Assembly (NCBI GenBank): GCA_036556965.1
Contig: DATBIO010000144.1
Location: 1-50,300 of the forward strand
Length of the DNA stretch: 50,300 nucleotides
DNA from: Vicinamibacteria bacterium
GTDB lineage: Bacteria; Acidobacteriota; Vicinamibacteria; Fen-336
Reading direction: 5' to 3'
The notes below the pieces were generated by a model that saw only the letters and a list, made by a program, of their open reading frames with translations, was not told the DNA's origin and did not search any database. A program made the translations under genes and the position numbers. How positions within the stretch are numbered: the stretch's first letter is position 1; each line of letters starts with the position of its first letter. Below are positions 41,133-50,000 of the stretch, in pieces.

Positions 41133-41231
41133 TGGCGGAAGCGGGTGGGAATCGAACCCACCGCCGCAGGTGTCAGCCTGCGGCCGGACGGCTTTGAAGG
41201 CCGCGCGGGTCACCAGACCCGAATCGCTTCC
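41133..41231 (-). tRNA. selC: tRNA-Sec (anticodon UCA), CCA encoded
   Basis: Reverse complement reads GGAAGCGA-TT-CGGGTC-TGGT-GACCCG-C-GCGGC-CTTCAAA-GCCGT-[CCGGCCGCAGG-CTGACA-CCTGCGGCG]-GTGGG-TTCGATT-CCCAC-CCGCTTCC-G-CCA. It has a 6-bp D stem with a 4-nt loop, anticodon loop CUUCAAA, an 8-bp variable-arm stem and a 13-bp acceptor plus T helix. It is 99 nt and its architecture closely parallels E. coli selC. Confidence 0.9.
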
Positions 41232-41447
41232 GTTGCGGTTCCAGCTGCCCTCGGCATGCTACGACGGCCGGGCAGGAACGGCGAAGGGTGGGCGCTGCCT
41301 GCCCGTGTCGTTCCCCGTAAGCCCAAGCCGCCGAACGACGTAGGGACGCCCCCGCCTGGCCGCGGCCTGGCACAGCGCTTGCTCCTGGACACCAAGGACG
41401 ACCGCGGCCACGAGGGCCCGGTCCATTTTGCAGCGGGGCTTGAACAC

Positions 41448-42911
41448 ATGATCCGAGAAATGCGCACTCATGCCCGCGCCGCCGCCATCGCGGCCGCGCT
41501 CACGGTCGTGCCCGCCCTCGCGTCGGCCCAGACGTCGGAGATGCCGAAGCCGGGCTTCAACCTCTTCTCCATCGAGCAGGAGATGCAGCTCGGCCAGCAG
41601 GCCGCCCGCGACGCCGAGCGCCAGTTGCCCCTGCTCAGCGACCGCTCCGTGTCGGACTACGCGAACCGCATCGTGCAGGAGCTGGCCCGCACCGCACCGG
41701 GCCATCGCTACCCGTACCAGATCAAGGTCGTCAACGCCTCCGACATCAACGCCTTCGCGCTGCCCGGCGGCTACATGTACGTGAACCGCGGCCTCATCCA
41801 GGCCGTCCGCACGGAGGGCGAGCTGGCGGGCGTGCTGGCGCACGAGATGGCGCACGTCGCCCTGCGGCACGGGACGCACCAGGTCTCCAAGGCCTACGCC
41901 ACGCAGGCCGGCCTGGGCGTGCTGGGCGGCCTCCTCGGCATCGGCAACGGCCGCAGCCTCGGCGACCAGGTGCTCAACGTCTTCGGACAGGTGGGCCTCA
42001 TGGCGCTCTTCAACAAGTTCAGCCGCGACGCCGAGTACCAGGCCGACCTGGTGGGCGCGCGCATGATGCACGCCGCCGGCTGGAGCCCCAACGACATGTC
42101 GAGCTTCTTCGACCTGCTCCAGAGCCAGCGCTCGCGCAACCCGGGGGCGGTGGAGAGCTTCTTCGCCAGCCACCCCCCGCCCGCCGACCGGTCCACGCGC
42201 ATCCGGCGCGAGACGCAGGCCCTGGGCGCGGTGCCCGGGCGCACGCTGGGCGGCCTCAACGCCGCGCAGCAGGAGCTGCGCGGCCTGGGTCCCGCGCCCA
42301 CCATGGAGCAGATCGCGCGCGGGCAGGCGCCCAGCGGCCAGCCGCGCCCGCCCACCTACCGCGGCCGCGTGAGCGTGGAGCGGCCCTCCACGCGCTACCG
42401 CACCTTCGACCACGCCCGCGGCTACTTCAGCCTGAACTACCCGGACAACTGGCGGGTCTACCAGGGCAACGACGGCTTCGCCGTGACCCTGGCCCCCGAC
42501 GGCGGCGCCGTGCAGGACGCGGGCGGCAACACCAGCCTCATCTACGCCGTGATCGTGAACCACTACGACCCGTTCGACTCGGCCTCGGCCCGCGGGCGCA
42601 ACACGCTGGAGGCGGCCACCAACGACATCGTGGCCCAGGTCCGGAGCAGCAACCCGCACCTGCGCCTGGTGCGCAACTCCCAGCGCCGCCAGAACCTGGA
42701 CGGCGCGCCCGCCCTGTCCGTGGTCCTGGCCGGCCGCTCGCCGGTGACGGGCGAGGAGGAGCGCGTCACCGCCTTCACCCGCGAGCTCGAGGACGGGCAC
42801 GTGCTCTACGCCCTGTTCATCGCGCCCGGCCGCGACTACAACGTGTTCTCGCCCGCCTTCCAGCGGATCGTGGGCAGCCTCCGCGTGAACGACCGCTCCG
42901 TCCATCGGTGA
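41448..42911 (+). CDS. Secreted M48-family zinc metallopeptidase
   Basis: Signal peptide ...RAAAIAAALTVVPALASAQ. Motifs: INAFALPGGYMYVNRGL, HEMAHVALRH (HExxH), EYQADLVGARMM. There is a C-terminal extra domain. ATG at 41448 (alternative 41460). This is the 3' part of track ORF 40986..42911. Confidence 0.88.
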   Translation: MIREMRTHARAAAIAAALTVVPALASAQTSEMPKPGFNLFSIEQEMQLGQQAARDAERQLPLLSDRSVSDYANRIVQELARTAPGHRYPYQIKVVNASDINAFALPGGYMYVNRGLIQAVRTEGELAGVLAHEMAHVALRHGTHQVSKAYATQAGLGVLGGLLGIGNGRSLGDQVLNVFGQVGLMALFNKFSRDAEYQADLVGARMMHAAGWSPNDMSSFFDLLQSQRSRNPGAVESFFASHPPPADRSTRIRRETQALGAVPGRTLGGLNAAQQELRGLGPAPTMEQIARGQAPSGQPRPPTYRGRVSVERPSTRYRTFDHARGYFSLNYPDNWRVYQGNDGFAVTLAPDGGAVQDAGGNTSLIYAVIVNHYDPFDSASARGRNTLEAATNDIVAQVRSSNPHLRLVRNSQRRQNLDGAPALSVVLAGRSPVTGEEERVTAFTRELEDGHVLYALFIAPGRDYNVFSPAFQRIVGSLRVNDRSVHR

Positions 42912-43951
42912 AATCGGCGCCGTCCGCCGCACGGCGGCTCCCCGCGCGCAGTAGCATGGGGGCCGCCGTGCCCACCACCGATCCGCGCATCCAACGCGCC
43001 CGTCCCCCCGGGGACGAGCGCGCGGCCATGGCCGCGGAGGTGCGCGCCTCCCTGACCGCGCCCGTGCCGTGGCTGCCCAGCAAGTACTTCTACGACGAGC
43101 ACGGCAGCCGGCTGTTCGAGGAGATCACGCGCCTGCCCGAGTACTACCTGACCCGCACCGAGGTGGGCATCCTCGAGGACCGGGCCGACGCCATCGTGGC
43201 CGGGGTGGAGGCGGACGAGCTGGTCGAGCTGGGGGCGGGGGCGGGGCGCAAGATCCGCCTCGTGCTCGACGCCATGGCGCGCCGCGGCACCCTCCGCCGC
43301 CTGACCCTGCTCGACGTCCACGAGCAGGGCCTGCGCCTGGCCCTCGACGCGCTCGAGCGCGACTACCCCGGCCTCCACGGGCGCGCGGTGGTGGGCGACT
43401 TCACGGAGGACCTCGACAGCCTGGGCCCGGGCGGAGGCCGCCTGCTGGCCTTCCTCGGCAGCACCATCGGCAACCTCGAGCCGGCCGAGGTGCCGCGCTT
43501 CCTGCGCGCGGCGCGCGGCGGCCTGGACGAAGGCGACGCGCTGCTCCTGGGCGTGGACCTCGTCAAGGACCGGCGCCGCCTCGAGGCCGCCTACAACGAC
43601 TCCGCGGGGGTTACCGAGGCCTTCAACCTGAACCTGCTCTGCGTCCTCAACCGCGTGCTCGGCGCCGACTTCGAGCGCGGCGGCTGGCAGCACGTGGCCT
43701 TCTACGACGACGAGCGGGGCTGGATCGAGATGAGGCTGCGCTGCCGCCGCGCGGCGGAGGTGCACATCCCGGCCGCGGACCTCGAGCTGCGCTTCGCGCG
43801 CGGGGACGAGATCCGCACGGAGATCAGCTGCAAGTTCACCCGCGCCTCGCTCGAGGGATCCGCCCGCGGCACGGGCCTCGGCGTCACGGAGTGGCACGTC
43901 GACCGCGAGGAGCTCTTCGCCCTGGCCGTCCTGCGGCCGTCGCGCTCCTGA
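42908..43951 (+). CDS. egtD: L-histidine N-alpha-methyltransferase (EgtD family)
   Basis: LPSKYFYDEHGSRLFEEITRLPEYYLTRTE, LVELGAGAGRK, FLGSTIGN, NDSAGVTEAFNLNLL and TEISCKF align closely with mycobacterial EgtD. The start is uncertain: GTG 42908 (GTGA overlap with the M48 stop), ATG 42956 or ATG 43028. Confidence 0.88.
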   Translation: MKSAPSAARRLPARSSMGAAVPTTDPRIQRARPPGDERAAMAAEVRASLTAPVPWLPSKYFYDEHGSRLFEEITRLPEYYLTRTEVGILEDRADAIVAGVEADELVELGAGAGRKIRLVLDAMARRGTLRRLTLLDVHEQGLRLALDALERDYPGLHGRAVVGDFTEDLDSLGPGGGRLLAFLGSTIGNLEPAEVPRFLRAARGGLDEGDALLLGVDLVKDRRRLEAAYNDSAGVTEAFNLNLLCVLNRVLGADFERGGWQHVAFYDDERGWIEMRLRCRRAAEVHIPAADLELRFARGDEIRTEISCKFTRASLEGSARGTGLGVTEWHVDREELFALAVLRPSRS

Positions 43952-44026
43952 ACCCGCCCAAAGACGCTAACTCGCTCACTGGCATGAATTAGCCCGCTAG
44001 ACTGTACGCGTGGGCCTGAGGGCGTC

Positions 44027-47000
44027 GTGAACCGCCGCAGCACGATCTACTCCGTCCTCGCGCTGGCCGTGGCCGGCGGGCTCCTCCTCCTCGTGGGCTG
44101 GTTTCCGCAGGAGTACCTGCGCCGACCCTTGGAGCGGCGCCTGCGTGCCGCGCTGGGGCCGGGGAGCCGCATCGCGCGCCTGCACGTCGTGCCGGGCCGG
44201 CTCGTCGTGGACGTGTGGGGCCTCGTCATCGACCACCCGTCGTACCGGCTCGAGGTCCCCCACGCCCGGCTGCGCCTGCACCCCGGGCTCCTGCTGATGC
44301 GTCCTCTGGCCTTCAAGGAGGTCGCCCTCGAGCGTCCGCACCTGGTGCTGCATCCGGAGGTCGGGCCGGGCACCCCCGGGCCTCCCCTCCGCGACCCCAT
44401 CTTCGCGAGCCAGGTCGCCGCCTCGGGCGGCACCGTGGAGTACCTCCTGCCCGGCGACGGCGGCGAGCGGATCCTGTTCCGCAACGTGGTGGTGGGCGGG
44501 AGCATCGGGCAGGGCTGGCTCGACGTGGCGGCGGCCGGCGGGACCTGGACGCGCGCGCCGCACGCCTACGCGCTGGGCGAGGTGAGCGGGCGGCTGCGGC
44601 TGTCCACGCGGCTCGACATCCGCATCGAGCGTCTCGAGCTGGGCACCACGGACTCGCGGGTGCGCGTGACCGGCTCGGTGGGCCGCCTCGGCGACATCCG
44701 CCCCGACCTGCGCGTGGAGGGCAGCCTGGACCTGCGCGACGTGGCGCGGTTCGATCCCGCCGTCCCGCCGCTGTCCGGGTCGCTCGACATCGAGGCGCGC
44801 GCGGCCAAGGAGGGCGAGGAGTGGGGCCTGACGGCGACGGCGCGGGGAGGCGGGCTCACCGTGGCCGGCTGGCCCATCGAGGAGCTGGAGGCGCGCATCG
44901 GGCGTGGGGAGCCTCCGCGCGCCGACGTCCAGGTGGACGCCCGGCTGCTCGGAGGACGGGCCGCGGGCGCCGCCCGCCTGGACGGCAAGACCGTGCGGGA
45001 CGGCCGGCTGGAGCTCTCCGGCATCGACCTCGACCGCCTGAGCCGCCAGGGCGTGGACCTCGGGCTCCCCCTCCGCGGCAGGGTGGGCGGCGAGCTGACC
45101 GTCGCCGGACCCCTCGGGGGCGCGCTGGCCGTGCGTGGCCAGCTGCGGGCCGACGGCCACTCCGGGGAGACGGCGATCCAGGCCCGGGCCACCGTGGCCG
45201 GGCGCTACGACACCGCCGCGCGCGCGGTGAACGCCGACTTCACCCTGGTGCTCGACGCCGACGGCCGGATGGGGCCCGCGGCCGTCTCCGTGGAGACGGC
45301 GCACCTCACCGCGCGCGGCCAGGCGCGCGGCCCGCTTCCCCCCGCCATCGCGGCGTCGTTCGACGGGACGCTCGACCTGCGCACGGCGAGCGGCCCGGAG
45401 ACGGTGCCCGTGCGCGGCACGGCGCGCGTCCACCGGGGATCGACCGTCTTCGACCTCTCCGCGCGCGGCTTCGGCGGCAGCCTCCAGGCCGGCGGCGACC
45501 TGCGCGGGGCGGTGGTGCGCCGGCTGCGGGTCGTCGGCACGTCGCTGTCGATGGCCTCCCTGCGTCCCGACCTCGCGGGCACGGGCGACCTGCGCCTCGA
45601 GGCTTCGGGGCCCGTGGCCCGGCTGTCCGGCACCGCCGACCTCGACCTGCGCGACGTCGTCTGGCGGAACGTCGTGGTGGGACCGGCCACGGCCAGCGTG
45701 CACGCGACCGGGGGCCGCGGGACGCTCGCCTTCGCCGCGCCCGAGCTGAACGCTTCCGGGGCCGGCACCATCGACCGGCGCGCGTTCGTGGGCACGCTGA
45801 GCCTGACGCAGACCCCGCTGGCGCCGCTGCAGCCCCTCCTCACGCCCGACCGGCCCCTCGCGGGCGAGGTCACCGGCAGCGTGGACGTGGAGCTGCCGTG
45901 GTCGGCGCCGGAGGGCTCCGTGGTGACCGCGGTGGTCGAGGCGCTGAGCGTGGAGACGCGGGCCTTCTCCGCGCGCGCGCGCCGGCCCTTCACGCTGGTG
46001 TCACGGGGCGGCCGCTACTCGCTCGCCGACCTCGACATCGAGGGGCCCGGCCTCGTCTTCCAGGGCGCGGGCGAGCTGGGCCGCGACGCCGGCGATCCCA
46101 TCGACCTCCGGGGCCGCCTGGCCCTGGACCTGTCCCGCCTGCGCGTGCCCGACGGGTGGACGCTGGCCGGCACCATCAGCGGGGACGTGGAGCTGGCCGG
46201 CTCCCTGGCCCAGCCGCTGGCGGACGGGAGGATCGAGCTCAGCGGCGTGGTCTTCCAGCGGCCGGGCCTCCCCCTGATCACGGTGGAGGACGGCGAGGTC
46301 GAGCTGGAGGGCGACGTGGCCACCACCACGGGGCTGCGCGCGTCCTGGGCGGGGGGCGAGCTCATCCTCGAAGGCCTCGTGCCCCTGGCCGCCGTCCTCA
46401 CCCCGGAGCAGGCGCAGCGCCTCGGGATCGAGCCCGCGCCCTTCGACGTGGAGGCCTCCTTCGACCTCGACCTCGCCTACCTGCCCGTGCGGCCGGGCTG
46501 GAGCCTCACCGGCCTCCTGGAGGGCGACCTCGTGTTCTCCGGGACCCGGCAGGACCCGAGGGCGGTGGGGCTTCTCCTGCTCGCGGGCATCGGCGTGGAG
46601 GCCCCGGGCGGCCACCTGCTGACCATCAACGAAGGCACCGTGGACCTGAGCGACTACGTGGCCTCCACCGACGGGATCACGGCGTCCCTGGCGGGAGGCA
46701 CGGTCGAGCTCCGCGGCACCGCGCCCCTGGCCGCGCTCCTCGCCGACACCTGGTCCTCGCGCTTCCAGATGACGCCGGGCGAGGCCGACCTGCGGCTGGC
46801 CTGGCGCGACGTGCAGGCGGGCCGCCTGCTCGACGTGCTGAAGCCGCGGCGTGCCTCGGGCGTGGTGGCGCTGGTGAGCGGGAACGCCACCGTGCGCGGG
46901 CGCTTCCGCTCCGTGGACACCCTGGCGGGGACGCTGCACGTCGATCCCGTGCGCGCCGCCGTGCAGGGGGCGGAGATCGACGTCTCCGCCTTCGACGCCA

Positions 47001-50000
47001 CCCTCGAGGACGGTCAGGTCACCACGCCCGGCCTCACCGTGAGCTCCTCCGCCGCCTCCCTCTACGCGGACGCGGACCTGGACCTCCGCGCGAAGGCGGT
47101 GGCGGGCCGGGGCAGCGGACAGATCGAGCTGCGCGCCCTCTCGCCCTTCCTCGAGGAGGGCGTGGTCACGGGCGTGGCCGAGGTGGACATCACGGTGGAG
47201 GGCCCCCTGTCCGCTCCGCGGCCGGCGGGGCGGATCGCGGTGGCGGACGGCACCCTCCGCCTGCGGGAGATCCGCCAGCCCATGACCGCGATCGCGGGCA
47301 ACATCGTCGTGGACGAGGGACGCTTCCGCGTGGAGGGGCTGAGCGGGATGCTCGGGGGCGGCGTGGTGAAGGTGGGCGGCGAGGGCGGGCTCGACGGCCT
47401 TCGCCTGGCCGACGTCCGGCTCGAGATCCAGGGCGAGGACCTCGGCCTGCGCTACCCCGTGGGCGGGGCGGAGGGCGGAGGCGTGTGGCAGGAGCTGAAG
47501 GCGCGCGTGGACGCGGACCTCGTGCTCACGGGCAGCTGGGGCGACTTCCAGCTCGCGGGCACCCTGGACGCCGAGCGCAGCCTCTACGACGCCGACATCT
47601 TCCTGGCCCAGGGCCTGCTGGCTCCCGAGGTGCCGCCGCCCGCGGCCGAGACGCGCTCGCCTTTCATGGACTCGGTGGCCCTGAACATACTGGTGGCCAC
47701 GCCGAACCCCTTCGTGGTCCGGAACAACCTGGCCGAGCTGGAGGCGGAAGGGGCCCTCTGGCTGCGCGGCAGCCTCGGGGACCCGACGCCCTTCGGCCAC
47801 TTCGAGATCCGCCCCGGAGGCAAGGTCTTCCTCCAGGAGCGGGAGTTCGTGGTGGAGACGGGGAGCATCGGCTACGAGGGGGACCGCACGAACCCCGAGC
47901 TCTCGATCCGCGCCACCACGCAGATCGACGAGAGCGAAGGACCCATCGAGGTGACGGTGGCGGTGGACGGCGGGCTGGAGACGCCGCGCCTCGTCCTCAC
48001 CTCCGAGCCGCCGCTGTCCGAGCAGGAGCTGGCCACCCTCGTGGCCACCGGCCGCAGCTCGCTCGCCCTGGACGGGGGCGCCTGGGTGGTCGGCGAGCAG
48101 GCGGCCGCCCTCCTCGCCGGGCGGCTGACGCGCGCCGTGTCGCGCGAGCTCATGGGCCTGGGACTCGACCAGGTGGACATCCAGCCCGAGGTGCTCGCGC
48201 GCGAGGGCGAGCCCTCCGCGCGCTTCACCATCGGCAAGCAGATCACGCGCCAGCTGCGCCTCCTGTACTCGGTGAGCATCAGCGAGCCGGAGGCGCAGTA
48301 CTACCAGGCCCTGCTCCGTTTCCGGCGGGGCATGGAGGCCTCGGTCAAGGTCCAGCGGCGGCTGGAGGGCAACTACGCCTACAGCGTGGGGCAGCGCCTG
48401 CGCTTCGGGGGGGCGCCCCTCCCGCGCGACACCGACCTGGAAGCCACGGAGCTGGCCGAGGTGCGCCTGGAGGAAGGCCTGCGGGAGTTCCCCCAGCTGC
48501 GCGCGCGCCTCCGCGCCAAGCCTGGAAAGAAGATGACGTACTTCGACCTGCTCGAGGACGCGGACCGGCTCCGCGAGGAGCTGGTCGGCCAGGGCTACCT
48601 CGAAGCGGTGGTGGACGTGCGCCTGGACGGGCAGGTCGCGGTCTTCGGCGGCAGCTCGGGGATCCGCTACCGCTGGCGGGTGGAGGGCATGGGCGAGCCG
48701 CCCGACCTGGCCGGCGACTTCCGGGAGTCGCTCTTCGAGGAAGAGGCGGCGGACCGCGGGCGGGAGCGCCTGCTGGACGAGCTGCGGCGGCGCGGCCACC
48801 TGCGGGCCTCCGTGGAGGTCGAGCGCGTGCGGGAGGACGGCTTTCGCACCCTGGTGTTCCGGGTGGACCCCGGCCCCGTCCTGCGCCCGGAGATCACGTT
48901 CCCGGGCGCCACCGAGCTGAGCGCCTCCGCCCTGGAGAAGGCGGCGGGAGGGCCCGCCGCCTTCCTCACCGCCCCCCGGGACGCGGAGGAGGGGATACGC
49001 GCCGCCTACCGCCAGTCGCACTACCTGGCGGCGAAGGCCGGCCCCGTCCAGGTCACCGAGGGGGCGGACGGATCGGTGCGCATCGTGGTGCCCATCGAGG
49101 AGGGGCCGCACGCCGTGGTGAAGTCGGTGCGGCTGGAGGGGGCCACGCGGCCGGAGGCGGAGATCCTGGCCCAGGCCGCCCTCCCCACGGGAGAGCCCTA
49201 CGACGAGTTCGAGGTGACGGCGGGCGTGCAGCGCGTGCGCGCGCACTACCTCGGGCTCGGCTATCCGGCGGTGCGCGTCGTCCCGCGCGTGGAGCCCGCG
49301 GGCACCGACCTCGAGGTGGTCATCGCCATCGCGGAAGGACAGGCCCAGACCATCGGCGCCGTGACCATCGTGGGCCTGCGCCGCACGCGCGAGTCCCTGG
49401 TGCGCGGCCGCATCCCGCTCCAGCCCGGCGCGCCCCTGGACCCGCGGCGGCTGGCGGAGACGGAGCGGCGGCTGCGCAGCCTGGGCATCTTCCGGCGGGT
49501 GGTGGTCATCGCGTCGTCCGACCCCGTGGCCGCCATCACCGTGGACGTCACGGAGGACTCGCGCTACATCGCCTCCTGGGACGCGAGCTTCAACGACGAG
49601 GAAGGCTGGAGCGGCCTCGTCGACGGCGAGGTGGACAACCTCTTCGGCCGTGGCATGTCCCTGGGGGGCCGCTTCCGCGCCGGCCAGCGCGTGCTCGAGG
49701 AGCGCGTGTCGTTCCACGTGCCCGTGCTGGGCCCCGGCAACTTCACCGCCGCCGCCTGGCGCCTGGACGAGACGGTGCGCGTGGTCACCGAGGTCCCCCT
49801 GGGCATCGCCCCCGGCCCGCCCTTCGACGGCCGCAAGCTGGAGTACGGCATGCGCGTCCAGCAGGCGCTGCACGACTTCCGCCCCTGGAGCTTCATCTAC
49901 GGGGCGGGCATCAAGCGCACGTCGTGTCCCGAGCAGGGGCTGCCGCCCCTCAACCGTGACCGGCGCGGGCGGCTGTCCGACCCGTGCGAGAACAGCGACC

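Noticed and set aside
38588-41232. Genomic island integrated at the 3' end of tRNA-Sec, suggested by the slightly lower-GC HEAT-PQQ gene directly downstream of the tRNA 3' end
   Set aside because: There is no integrase, excisionase or transposase. I found no direct repeat of the tRNA 3' segment; there is only a 9-nt chance-level match in the wrong orientation near 38730. The GC difference is modest and based on hand counts.
42952-42957. TAGCAT hexamer upstream of egtD as a promoter -10
   Set aside because: It overlaps the candidate ATG 42956 itself, so it cannot serve as a -10 for that start. It is probably a coincidence.
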